Below are positions 8,701 to 16,714 of a stretch of DNA of 32,152 nucleotides, piece by piece. The stretch covers positions 1-32,152 of the forward strand of contig JBEKYR010000052.1 of the NCBI GenBank assembly GCA_049510745.1. Reading direction: 5' to 3'. A model generated the notes under the pieces. The model did no database searches. It saw only the letters and a program-made list of their open reading frames with translations, and had not been told where the DNA came from. The position numbers and the translations under genes were made by a program. The DNA is from Verrucomicrobiota bacterium. GTDB taxonomy: Bacteria > Verrucomicrobiota > Verrucomicrobiia > Limisphaerales > Palsa-1400. Positions within the stretch are counted from its first letter, which is position 1. Each line of letters starts with the position of its first letter.

Positions 8701-9797
8701 CCCTGGACGTACAACTGCGCACCCGGGGCCTTCCCGCGAAAATCGGCGCCGGGAATAATCGAGCCGGGCACATAATTGGTGACCGTGGCCGATTTCAGCC
8801 CGCTGCCCGCGAGAATCCCGGCGACATGCGTGCCGTGGCCGTCGTAATCGTACTGCACTCCGGAAACTCGATTTGACAGGTCCGGATGGCTGGCATCGAC
8901 GCCCGTGTCGTTGATGTTGACCCAGATATTGGAGCCGGTCAGATTGAGGTAATTGGGAGTATTGGTCAGGGTGTCCGCGGAAACGCCCAATTGCACGCGG
9001 GCCAGGTCATTCGCGGAGTGGCGCGGCCCATAGACCTCGATTTCCTGCGCCAAAGGCAACTGGGCCACGGCCGCCAGCGTGTCGGGCGGCGCTTGCACGA
9101 TCAAGATGGGGCCAAACGGGCCGCGGTCCTCGCCGATCACACTGGCGCCCAGGCCGGTCAACGCCGCCACCGCGGCATCGCGCTGGCCGGGGAAGGTGGT
9201 CACGCGCAAGGCGTTGGTCTGCGGCTCCTGCTCGACGGCCGAGGGCAGGAGAGTGGCGTCGAGCTTGTAATACGGTTCGTAAGGCAGCACCGCCTGGAAC
9301 GCCGGGTCCTGCACCATTTGCTTGGCCTGCTCCGGCGTGGCCTGCACCAACGCGGCGTTATTGGGAATGTAACCGACATAGGTCGCGCCGTTCTTTGTCA
9401 ATTCGGCGTAAAACTCCCGGTCCAGCGGGCGGTCGGATTGCACGATATAACTGCCGGGCGCTCCCTGGGCGCGCAAATGCGCCGGAATCTTCAGTCTGAC
9501 GGGCAGGGCGGTGTCGATGAGCGCGTTGCGCAAAATGAGGCCGTGATTGTTGCGGGCCAGTTGCCCGGCGGTGGCGCGGGTGTTGGACAACCGGTAGGAA
9601 TCGGGTTTGCCCGTCTGCGTCTGATTGGCCGCTTTGGTCAGGGCCGGAGCGCGCGGCGGCGGCGGATGGACGGGGGTCGTTGGCGTGGCGGCGCGGCGAT
9701 GGGCGGCGGAATACTTCTCGGCGTAGAAGCCCATCCACAGCGTGGCCGCGAAGAGCAGCAGACTGAGCAGAAACCAGGTTAGCGACTTAAAGCGCAT
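2769..9797 (-). CDS. Giant secreted/surface S8 subtilase (KP-43/TagC-like catalytic domain) with PPC-like repeats, two proprotein-convertase P-like domains, a LamG domain and a C-terminal RFFR module; 2342 aa
   Basis: ATG at 9797 after a GGAGGTG Shine-Dalgarno; hydrophobic N-terminus; propeptide YIVQ..GYIPNNA. Complete triad INDTG (~8908), GHGTHVAG (~8836), GTSMS (~7732); oxyanion FAAGNSG; KPDVVAPG; LKALLINGA; QGWGLVNL; LRVTLVWTDPPG. P-domain motifs HQNPGDL..GEWQL..D and DLQVGLRI..LTSPQGT..GCWTLQIWD; LamG WYHVAATYDG..IDETSLYNRALS. Confidence 0.92.
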   Translation of the reverse strand: MRFKSLTWFLLSLLLFAATLWMGFYAEKYSAAHRRAATPTTPVHPPPPRAPALTKAANQTQTGKPDSYRLSNTRATAGQLARNNHGLILRNALIDTALPVRLKIPAHLRAQGAPGSYIVQSDRPLDREFYAELTKNGATYVGYIPNNAALVQATPEQAKQMVQDPAFQAVLPYEPYYKLDATLLPSAVEQEPQTNALRVTTFPGQRDAAVAALTGLGASVIGEDRGPFGPILIVQAPPDTLAAVAQLPLAQEIEVYGPRHSANDLARVQLGVSADTLTNTPNYLNLTGSNIWVNINDTGVDASHPDLSNRVSGVQYDYDGHGTHVAGILAGSGLKSATVTNYVPGSIIPGADFRGKAPGAQLYVQGLDLLLGPFISDAYLQSNASSALITDATASHSGITNGFISNNSWNYQGMAYDMAAASYDAAVRDAQPATPGEQAMLFVFAAGNSGDGSGSGTDGLEGTITSPGTAKNVITVGSINSPRFITNQVDYNWPQTNSTSNAVFYGTTDNSNLVSFFSSCGNVGIQSEGQFGRFKPDVVAPGVFTVSCRAADYVDPTLEYILDYINLPAQIVNPGKTNILPIILPVDSVSLTVQLVANLQSPSPFPPLLIQNGRNNPPGGAESTSPMTTANNLVPGYWYVAIINPTNQPVSYDLNIYIYQTNTLGNYYTVLSNMNHTLGPYYRYENGTSMSAAAVSGVLALMQQFLQTNFPANPNPSPALLKALLINGARSLGGVYDFNMQSSVANEQGWGLVNLQNSIPASMTNASSSSLWFTDQSPANALSTGQYRTYTINTNDVNMANFPLRVTLVWTDPPGNPAAGIALVNNLDLTVTDNSGTNVYVGNDFLAGDTFTESSSSTNPAPSDFVNNVENVYISTDFQPISFPLTIKVNATRVNVDAVTTQTNQIEQDFALVVSSDDTAPAGSLVVTTNGITNVLTPLITVVRSGQPLLHQRVGANEPNLYNYAAGATNGGTNQWHFFIFTNDQLFGSNILLTTFYPPNLSRPRNTDADIDLYASTDPGLLSLTPAALAGARTSLGRGGNEFIYYSNQPPNMVYFIGVKSEDQQAADFGFYAVAQSNAFSSVNSQTGDVTYYGSPIPAVIPDGSYDFPGQVTVIVAFEGAYAVRKVVVANGVAHQNPGDLAGTLMHPPSPATVFLNNHSGTAPGFTNTYDDMPENPLAVLTPSDGPGSLQDFIGQQAAGEWQLSEVDNAQGGVGTVTALSVTVSPKPPFDGPITVALAANGGSYFNYVDVPNDAIYLTNVVIFESQTSGGPIGIYMTNALPVSTGDFGSNGIVPPGGYLLLGTNNIPPLTGGRWYYGLYNFGSLAVTLTNYIFFRENLTPNLVESFSNNTVTPLTTDGTTASQICVTSGQQPVGQQLVDLQVGLRIADTNLDNLVLHLTSPQGTSVLLFENRGGTNASNLGMTLLSTNAANSNLVSTNIVYTVFTENTNLATVPIKFAPPPYASTNFITGSNFIAYTGFEANTNGTYTNGQVVGGWTVVTNRVGIVSHANFAHAGSNFLALTTGRIVQTFTTMPGASYELQYFVRSPQITDWWPGDNNAEDILNGNNGTLSPSGASYATGMVGQAFRFDGTNGYVQVPDSPILKPANVTVEAWVLLDPNLPSNNGGEQIVFKKNTWSAWFEGYSLNKETIDNGDGTSSDRFQFVVSRYGDQVVINSQTIARRGVWYHVAATYDGNQSILYVNGVAEASATPGFALDYDTTPLFIGTTGTWVPYLNMFGGLIDETSLYNRALSPAEIRAICNAGSRGKYSTNSLLPNFQLSIDGVATNTVILTNFAGPWEGLTNSFTATNSQTTIELAGNPLSVLFDDIQLVELPNTNYNNYYLAEEPLTPFIGENPQGCWTLQIWDTRSDSPLPNNGALLSWDLQMTISSTNVSLVVLTNGVPYTNAPGGTYTNITYFGVDVPATANFATNILTVTGGTNQLNLLFNQSALPTGGLPGDMTLLAGVTAANGPGTNTLSTQGAPPPLLPGRRYFLGVQNNASVNVPYTLEVNFDVASNNIIPLTNGAFFATNIGNTGPQYYSFVVPGNASMVTFQILNTTNAELDLFARDGLPVPGPLNFDYDSRNAGTNDQFIVVTTNSVPVPLPTATTNEVLPPAPTTWYLAVYNFAGVANAGYTILATYVTNGAMLVIPLTDGVGYATNQVPGFPTNLVYSFTVANNPAGVEFTVTNTGGQANAQLLVGDGTFPTPANSYSGSFNPGTELQFVAIGTNASAPSLDGIWYLAVPNTGSNEVKYTITAVTVTNRIVISAPLFLAARITSPTNGFTMYWSANPGQSYAIDVSTNLTHWALVTNITASSTTASYTDAVPVQSQKARFFRLSTP

Positions 9798-9904
9798 TGT
9801 CACCTCCAGCCCTCGCAAGTAGGGGGCATTGATATGTTAACAGAAAGAGGATGTCCGTGCCAGAATAATCCGCGGGTCCGGCCGGCGCAAGTGCCAGGGG
9901 CGGA

Positions 9905-9948
9905 ATTGACAATTGCAAATTGAAAATTTTCAATTTCCAATTTTCAAT
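9905..9948. repeat. AT-rich 44-bp imperfect palindrome built from heptamers
   Basis: Perfect 20-bp core AAATTGAAAATTTTCAATTT (9917-9936), extending with two mismatched pairs to 9905-9948. Lies between the PilX-like gene and the protease. Confidence 0.9.
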
Positions 9949-10003
9949 ATCTTCGAAGACTCTCTTCTGGCTTTTCATAGTATCATCTCCATCCGCATCT
10001 GGT

Positions 10004-13000
10004 CTAATTCCCCGCCTCGATATTAAAGCTGTCGATCACAATCTTCGGGCTGGTGGCGAGCGGATCGCTGACCATGTGGCAGACTGTCCGGGTCAAAACT
10101 TCGCCGGTGATTTCGTAGTTGGTGCAGATGTTGAAATTGAGGCCGGTGCCGTAATAGAAGCTCTTGGGCCGCAGCGATTGGCCCCAGGCATAAATGACAA
10201 ACTGCGGATCGCCCAGCTTGACCAGCGATAGAATCTGCTGCGGGATGCGCTCGACGACTTCGTCCGAGTAAAGGGAAGCATTTGTGAGAAACGGCGACTG
10301 TACTGTGAGCGCCGGCGTCTTGAAAAGATAACCCAGACGGTGGAACAGGCCGTTCGGCTCGTTGGCGCGCGTCGCATTGATTCCGTTGGTGGCATCGACC
10401 AGCGCATAGATATTGGTCGGCGCGACGGTCACGCCGTAGAAGGCATTTGTCGGCACGACCAACCCGGCGAAGACCGCCGCCCAGGCGGCGTCGTTGGTTT
10501 GATTGATCGAGAGCAAGCCGCGCGCGGCATTATCATTGGGAACGGCGGTGAAAAGGTCCGCCAGGACATAATCATTTGTCGGATACGTTCCGAGTGTTCC
10601 CGACCAATTGCTCAACCAAGTGATCGCGTCGTTGGGGTTTGGTGAGTCGGGCTTAAAATAGACCGTCTGCCACGGCGTGCCGCGATGGACGCGTCCGAGC
10701 CAGCCGATGCCGGGGAACTTATTAGTCGGAAAATCAAAGCTGTCCACATTGGTAGCCATCGGATCCTTGAACAGCCAATTATTTCCGATCGCCGAATTGG
10801 GCCAGTTCCACGGTTCATAGCGGGGCGGTGGCACTTGCCCAAGATGAGTGTAATTGGTCGGGGACGCCAGGGCCGGGGTGGCGGGGCGGACGTACTGCAC
10901 CAGATTCGTTGATTGAAATTCAGGCCAGGAAAGATCATCAACCGTATAGTGGACCAATGGGTCGTTAGCCTGCCAAGTGCTCGACTGTTCGAGGTAAACG
11001 GTCGGCTGGAAGGGACAATCCATCGTCAAGTTGGTTCCGGTTCCCGACAGGAGGTGGTACCAATTAATCTCTAGGCCCGGATAATAGTCTGAAGGTTCGG
11101 GAGGGTAAGCGGGGGGCCAGTCTGAAACGGCAATACCGCCGAACAAAGGCCCTTCTCCAATGCGCATTTGGGCCAACTCCCCTTGGGACATGGCAGAACC
11201 GGGGCTGTCGCTGGCTCCGGTCGTATTCCAGACTATTGTGCTTGAATCGGGGTTATTGCCATTGCCCACCGGGAACATGGAAGTGCCCCCGGGATTCCCT
11301 AATATGCCGTTGGTCAGGCGCCCAATAAGATCAAGCGAGGTCCCCAGCGGGCCAAGATTGACGAAGTCAAGAAGCGGGCCTGGACTATTTGGTGAACCGT
11401 CGTACATGCAATACAGCAGGGAATTTGTAACGTTCACCACCCACGAATGCACCGGGAAAGATGTCTGGTAATAGTCGGCGGGAAGATACTCGGTGGGACT
11501 GCCGCTCATGTTGAAAAATGCCCGATTGTGCTCGGAATAATAAGCGTCCGGGAACGAAATCACATTCGTGAGGAGCGGCAGCAGCATGCTTCTCTTCCGA
11601 TTCCGGCCGGAAAAGCCCGCCCATTGGTCGTAGTTCAGCGTCAGGTTGGTCACGGTTATATAGTAATTGCTTATATACAAATAGGGCGCAAGCGGGGATG
11701 AATTTTCGATGACGACGGTCGCGAAATTGCTCACGTAGCATGTCACCTGTCTTGGATAGGCGTTGCTGTACGGGTTCCAAACCTGCGCGCCAATCAGGTT
11801 TGAAATCGACAAGTCATAAAACTGGTTTGTATAATCCGGGGGCGTGTTCGTTTGACGCCGCCAGCATGTGAGCTTCCGCGTCATTTCAATGGAGTTCACC
11901 GTGCTGAACTGGTTGAAACTGGGCAAGCCCTTGACCGTTCCGACAACCCACGGGACACCCAAAATGTTACAATCGCGGCCATTATTCGGGTCTCTATAGA
12001 GTTTCGAGTTGGGATCGTTCATGTTGTAGAACGGCTGGGCGGCTTGAAACGCCCAATTGGTGGAATTGACGATGGCGTAGTTAGTGATGCTGACCGTCAA
12101 ATTGGTGGTCCCATTTTGTCTCAGCGCGTAGAACTGCGGGCGAAATATATGTGGGACAAAAACTGTAGGATCGCCTGCTACCACAGGCGCCAGAGTATTG
12201 CTGCTTGAACCACATACATTGGCGTCGTAAATGTTGGCCGCCAGTTGCAACATGCGATGGATTTGGGCGTTGTAACGGATGCTGGAATTCGTCGAATTAA
12301 AGATGGGTATATTCGTGATTCCAAAATGCATGTACGCATAGTTCGTCACGTAGTTCGACGGTCCGATCAGGCTTATGTAGTTGGCCACGGGAAACTCCTG
12401 CGACCGCAAAAGCAAGTCGGCGGCGTTGGTGAAAAACGCCAGGGGCGCCCACGACGTCAGGTTCGTCGGCATCGGGACGAAGGGGGCGTTCGAGTCCTGG
12501 ATTTGGGCGGTGTTGTTGTAGTTGAGATTGATCTTGGTTCGCAGCCACGTCGGCGGGGCGCCGGAATTGGTGGTGATGGAATTGCTGTAAACGAACACCC
12601 CGTATTCGGGACTCGACCCGGTGCCGATGCACTGCAAGAGGCGCTGGAAGGTGTAGCGGTCAAAGAAATTAGTCCGCGCTTCCGCCAATAGCATTCGATT
12701 GGTGAATTGAAACGAGGTCTTGGTCGGGTCGAACAAATCCTGCGGATCATAAAACATGTTGGTCGAGTAGCTCCCTGGCCATGGGGCAGCCCTATTGACG
12801 AGAAACGCATCCGGGTCGTTAGTGTAGTTGAACGGAGCGGTCAACGGCGCGCTGGCGCAATAGCTGTCAATATTATCATATTCAAAATTTAGATAATTGG
12901 AATAGTCTTGCCGCAAACTGGCCAGAAAAGGCTTGGGCCCCCAATAGCGGTAATGCACGATGGATTCCGCGTCGTCGAAGGCGTAGCCGGTGTTCGGGCC

Positions 13001-13978
13001 GCCGGGGGACGCCGAGGGGTTGACATAGTAATACGGATTCAAGCTGTAATAGGGGTTGTATTCGTAAGCCCAGGGGCTGAGGACATCGAGCATCGCCGCC
13101 AGATTCAATTCCCAGGAACCCACTCCCTGGTCGCGGGCGAAGCCGTCGCTTTCGGGATTTCCAGTCAGTCCGGTCAGAGGGCCGACGGGACCGACGTTAT
13201 TTGTCAATACCGTAACGGAGTTCACGTAATTGCCTTTGGCCCAGTTGTGAATGAAATTGAAATCGAGGGTCTTGCCGATGGGCAGGACCATGTAGGCGTA
13301 GCGCCCGATGAATTTGTTGGAGGACGAGTGGCGGGAGAGCGGGTCGCTCAAAACACCGATCCATTCCGGTTCCCCGTTCCAGACCTGGTAGGGTCCCAGC
13401 GGCAACCCCCCCGCCGCTTCATTGGTTACGGTCGGGATATAGCCGTTGGTTTCAAAGCGGCCATTGCGGTTGACATCGACCCAAAAGCGGAAGTCGCTGT
13501 TGGTGGGGAAGTTCGCATTGGTGACGACGAAGACCGGCGGGCGCGGATCGTAGAAGAGATCGGCAATGTTTTGCGCCCAATCCTTGTCATAAGGGGGCTG
13601 TGAAGACATCGGCCGGTGAAGTGTCGCATTGTAGTCGTAATTGACGTTGCCGGTGTCGTTGCTGCGGGTGTTAAAGCCGTTGGGGTTGATGTAGTTCTGC
13701 GAAACCATGTAGTCGTAACTGAGCCAATCGGTTTGCGCCATCATGCGCGCGATGATTTCCCCCTGGGCGCGGGCGAAGGCGGCCTCGCTCATGGTGCGGG
13801 CGCCGTTGACGTCCATGCTGGCGGTCACGGCCGCGCGATCGCGACGCGTCATGGCCAGAAAGGCCACGGCCAGAAAGGTGATGACGGAGAGCATCAACAG
13901 TGTGATGACCAGGGCAATGCCGTCCTGGCGCCGGCGTCCGCCGCCGCTGACTCCGCTGGATTGTAGGTTCAAGTTCAT
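10004..13978 (-). CDS. Large PilX/GspK-like minor pilin (resembles Verru/Chthon cassette protein A), 1324 aa
   Basis: Basic leader RRRQDG, then IALVITLLMLSVITFLAVAFL lacking Glu5, followed by A..MSEAAFARA (PilX N-terminal pattern). GRYAYMV motif; C-terminal FVIYAWGQSL..YEITGEVLTRTV. ATGA overlap with the upstream gene. Confidence 0.82.
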   Translation of the reverse strand: MNLNLQSSGVSGGGRRRQDGIALVITLLMLSVITFLAVAFLAMTRRDRAAVTASMDVNGARTMSEAAFARAQGEIIARMMAQTDWLSYDYMVSQNYINPNGFNTRSNDTGNVNYDYNATLHRPMSSQPPYDKDWAQNIADLFYDPRPPVFVVTNANFPTNSDFRFWVDVNRNGRFETNGYIPTVTNEAAGGLPLGPYQVWNGEPEWIGVLSDPLSRHSSSNKFIGRYAYMVLPIGKTLDFNFIHNWAKGNYVNSVTVLTNNVGPVGPLTGLTGNPESDGFARDQGVGSWELNLAAMLDVLSPWAYEYNPYYSLNPYYYVNPSASPGGPNTGYAFDDAESIVHYRYWGPKPFLASLRQDYSNYLNFEYDNIDSYCASAPLTAPFNYTNDPDAFLVNRAAPWPGSYSTNMFYDPQDLFDPTKTSFQFTNRMLLAEARTNFFDRYTFQRLLQCIGTGSSPEYGVFVYSNSITTNSGAPPTWLRTKINLNYNNTAQIQDSNAPFVPMPTNLTSWAPLAFFTNAADLLLRSQEFPVANYISLIGPSNYVTNYAYMHFGITNIPIFNSTNSSIRYNAQIHRMLQLAANIYDANVCGSSSNTLAPVVAGDPTVFVPHIFRPQFYALRQNGTTNLTVSITNYAIVNSTNWAFQAAQPFYNMNDPNSKLYRDPNNGRDCNILGVPWVVGTVKGLPSFNQFSTVNSIEMTRKLTCWRRQTNTPPDYTNQFYDLSISNLIGAQVWNPYSNAYPRQVTCYVSNFATVVIENSSPLAPYLYISNYYITVTNLTLNYDQWAGFSGRNRKRSMLLPLLTNVISFPDAYYSEHNRAFFNMSGSPTEYLPADYYQTSFPVHSWVVNVTNSLLYCMYDGSPNSPGPLLDFVNLGPLGTSLDLIGRLTNGILGNPGGTSMFPVGNGNNPDSSTIVWNTTGASDSPGSAMSQGELAQMRIGEGPLFGGIAVSDWPPAYPPEPSDYYPGLEINWYHLLSGTGTNLTMDCPFQPTVYLEQSSTWQANDPLVHYTVDDLSWPEFQSTNLVQYVRPATPALASPTNYTHLGQVPPPRYEPWNWPNSAIGNNWLFKDPMATNVDSFDFPTNKFPGIGWLGRVHRGTPWQTVYFKPDSPNPNDAITWLSNWSGTLGTYPTNDYVLADLFTAVPNDNAARGLLSINQTNDAAWAAVFAGLVVPTNAFYGVTVAPTNIYALVDATNGINATRANEPNGLFHRLGYLFKTPALTVQSPFLTNASLYSDEVVERIPQQILSLVKLGDPQFVIYAWGQSLRPKSFYYGTGLNFNICTNYEITGEVLTRTVCHMVSDPLATSPKIVIDSFNIEAGN

Positions 13979-14847
13979 CGGGAGGCGACGGGTATGGTGA
14001 TGCGCTGGCGGAAGACATCCACTTTGTTGGGGGAGCTAAAGAGATAATTGGACACGGCCTGCGAATTGCCCACCAGGGCCTGCGCCCGCGCAAAGGCTTC
14101 CGGCTCCAAAACGGCCAATTCCAATTCGACGGAGTTGGGCAAGGTGTTGCTGATAATCGTGATGAGGCCGTTGGTGGACAAGTAAGGCGGATACGAAAAT
14201 TCCACGGCGTTATTCTGGTCCTTCTTCTGACTGAAGTCACCGTAATAGGACTCCCAGTAGGGTTCGTTGCCGTTCTGGTCAAACGCGCGCAGTTTCAAAT
14301 GAATGACCCCGTCGGCAACGGCGTGCCAGTTGGAGCCGAAAGTCTGGCGGGAGATACCCGAGTAGAAATTCGAGAACAGTTGGTAGTCAATGACGGGAGA
14401 ATTGGTGGAAACCACGTAGCGATAGAGCGTGCCCAGGCAGGGGCCGTTGTTGGAGACGGCATAACCGATTCCCGTCCAAACCGTGTTCGTATGGACCAGG
14501 ATGTATATCTCGTCCTGCTGGTTGGTGCGGACGATCACGCCGTCGATGCCTTGCGGGAGCTGATTGCTGGCGGCCCAACCCCAGTAGAGGTTGGTCACCG
14601 ACTGGTTCCGCGCGTCGGACATCTGCCGCAAATCATTCCCGATCATGTCCATGATGGTGCGGCCGGCGTCGGTCACATCGGATTGTTTGATGCCCGTTTT
14701 GAAGGCCCGCTGGGTTTGGATGAACACGGCGGTCAAGCCCAGGACAATGAAGGAGAGTATGGCGGTGGAAACGAGCATTTCCAAAATGGTCAGCGCATCC
14801 CGCGAGGGCGGGCGGGAGGAATTTTCGGTTGGAAATCGTGTTTTCAC
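13975..14847 (-). CDS. PilW/GspJ-like prepilin (cassette protein C-like), ~290 aa
   Basis: SRDA/LTILEMLVSTAILSFIVLGL with Glu5, then GRTIMDMIGNDLRQM; C-terminal LPNSVELELAVLEP. GTG start at 14847 overlaps the upstream TGA (GTGA), so the ORF-track start at 15033 is not used. Confidence 0.82.
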   Translation of the reverse strand: MKTRFPTENSSRPPSRDALTILEMLVSTAILSFIVLGLTAVFIQTQRAFKTGIKQSDVTDAGRTIMDMIGNDLRQMSDARNQSVTNLYWGWAASNQLPQGIDGVIVRTNQQDEIYILVHTNTVWTGIGYAVSNNGPCLGTLYRYVVSTNSPVIDYQLFSNFYSGISRQTFGSNWHAVADGVIHLKLRAFDQNGNEPYWESYYGDFSQKKDQNNAVEFSYPPYLSTNGLITIISNTLPNSVELELAVLEPEAFARAQALVGNSQAVSNYLFSSPNKVDVFRQRITIPVASR

Positions 14848-15746
14848 AGGTTGTTGAACGGCGGCGGCGGCACACTGTTCGTGTAGGAGAACGGTTGGAA
14901 GAACCAGTTCGTTTCCACTTGCCCGTTGGGCAGCAGGATTGAAGAGGGAAACAACTGGGCCGCAACCATGCTGCGGTAGGTTTGGCGGCCAGGCCCGACG
15001 ATGTAGCCGGCGCTGGCGGGCAGGACCGGCCAACTGAAATGAAGCCGGATTTCAAATAGATTATAGACCAGCGCTCCGTTGCCGGGAGTCGAAGTGGTCC
15101 AGGTTGTCTCGAGCCAGCGATTGGAACAGAGCGCCACCCAAGTGGGGTCCGGATTCGGAAGGCTTTGATAGTACACATAGTTTGTTGAATCCGGCGCAAT
15201 GTTGATAAACGGAACGACCTCGACGGTCATCTGGTATCTGAAGGCCGTCGCCGTATTCGCCCCGCTTTGCTGGCTCGCCGGCCCGCTCAGCGCCCGCACG
15301 ATGGCCGTGGTCGAGATGTTGGTGTAGGGACTGGCATAGAGCGGTTGCGGGGTGGAGAGCAGCCCGATAATGTTCGAGCCGCTGGTGAAATTCGAGTAAA
15401 CCGTTAAAAAGTTGAAGGCACCGTTGACGTAATTGGAGAACGTGATCGATTCCACGTAATTGGTCAGGAAATCCAGGCCGTGGTTGGCCCCCCCAAAGTT
15501 GGTCGAACTCGGCGGGCAGCCGTTGCGAATGGCCTCCAGGAAATAGGGAGCGTCCTGGGTGATGAGGGTATCCTCGCGGTTCTCCTTTTGCACGCCCATC
15601 CCCGCCGGGAGGATGCCAATAATCGCCACCAGGGCGAAACCGATGACACCAATGGCAATGGCAATTTCAACCATGGTGAAACCCAGCTCGCCCTGGCGGC
15701 GCTGTTCCTTGGCGTCTGCGACCGTATTTTCAGACGAAATCTTCAT
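14844..15746 (-). CDS. PilV/GspI-like prepilin (cassette protein B-like), 300 aa
   Basis: ELG/FTMVEIAIAIGVIGFALVAIIGILPAG class III signal peptide; TAATG coupling with the upstream gene. Confidence 0.85.
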   Translation of the reverse strand: MKISSENTVADAKEQRRQGELGFTMVEIAIAIGVIGFALVAIIGILPAGMGVQKENREDTLITQDAPYFLEAIRNGCPPSSTNFGGANHGLDFLTNYVESITFSNYVNGAFNFLTVYSNFTSGSNIIGLLSTPQPLYASPYTNISTTAIVRALSGPASQQSGANTATAFRYQMTVEVVPFINIAPDSTNYVYYQSLPNPDPTWVALCSNRWLETTWTTSTPGNGALVYNLFEIRLHFSWPVLPASAGYIVGPGRQTYRSMVAAQLFPSSILLPNGQVETNWFFQPFSYTNSVPPPPFNNL

Positions 15747-16714
15747 TAGAACTTATTCTGCAAAAGCGTGGCCCGGGACGTCAGCCAATCGATCCGGATC
15801 ATATTGGGATTGTTTGTTTCGTTGCCCGGCGGAGTGGCCACGACGCTGACCGGGCCTGCGACGGGCACTCCGTTGGAATCCTCGGAGTAAAAGACGCTGC
15901 CGCGTTTGAGCACGATGTACTGGTTGGTCTGCGTCAGCAGGCTGCCCTGGGGTGTAAAGGCGATGTAAGGCAGCTTGTTCACCGATCCCGCGGCGACGGA
16001 AGGAAATGGCACGGTCACGGGCGTCCAGTTCAATGGGAAGACCGTCTCGGGGTTGGTCTGGCCCGTGGTCGTGTTGGTGGTGGTAATGGTGAGAGCCGGC
16101 TGATTGCTAATGAACTCGAACTCGGAAATGAGCACCCCCTGGGGCAATGTCCGCCAGTCGGTCAAATAATGCGCGAAATGCTGTCCCGGCTGGTCGCCAA
16201 CCGAGTTCAAAGCCAGCAGGGCGTAGGAGGTGTATTGGCGTGCCAGCAGGTTGGTGAGTTGCAGATTCGAGAAATCGTTCGTCAAGCTCTTGATATAGTC
16301 CTGATTGGTCCAAAAACCAGGCGGAACGAACACCATATAGACCGTCGAACGATTGACCAACGCCCGCTGCCGCGCCAGGGCAACGTCATCGAGCAGTTGC
16401 CGGTCGGCCGCGGCCAGGGTGTTGGCTTTGGCGAAGCCGCTGACGTGCGGCAAAGCCATCGCCGCCAGAAAACCAATGATGGCCACGACCATCATCAATT
16501 CCAGCAGCGTAAAAGCCCGCGCCCGCCTGGAATGACGCCAGCCGCGAACTTTGCACGAGACCCTCCGGCCGGGAGCCGGGCACCGCGCCCCAATCCATCC
16601 GGAGCCGTCGCGCCGGCAAAGGAGCCGCGGCCACAGGGCCGGTTCCTCGATCCACAGCACGGGCAGGCGCCGCCGGAGGGAATCGTTTGTGGCGATGGAG
16701 TTCATAGAATTCAT
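15746..16714 (-). CDS. FimT/GspH-like prepilin (cassette protein D-like)
   Basis: RRARA/FTLLELMMVVAIIGFLAAMALP, then AADRQLLDDVALARQRALVNRSTVYMVF and IAFTPQGS (FimT/GspH pattern). TAATG coupling at 16714 implies a 67-aa leader; true start uncertain. Confidence 0.85.
   Translation of the reverse strand: MNSMNSIATNDSLRRRLPVLWIEEPALWPRLLCRRDGSGWIGARCPAPGRRVSCKVRGWRHSRRARAFTLLELMMVVAIIGFLAAMALPHVSGFAKANTLAAADRQLLDDVALARQRALVNRSTVYMVFVPPGFWTNQDYIKSLTNDFSNLQLTNLLARQYTSYALLALNSVGDQPGQHFAHYLTDWRTLPQGVLISEFEFISNQPALTITTTNTTTGQTNPETVFPLNWTPVTVPFPSVAAGSVNKLPYIAFTPQGSLLTQTNQYIVLKRGSVFYSEDSNGVPVAGPVSVVATPPGNETNNPNMIRIDWLTSRATLLQNKF

Noticed and set aside
3951..8876. 872-aa and 478-aa plus-strand ORFs (3951-6569, 7440-8876)
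   Set aside because: Antisense to the protease. Their Val/Gly-rich composition mirrors the Thr/Asn codons on the coding strand.
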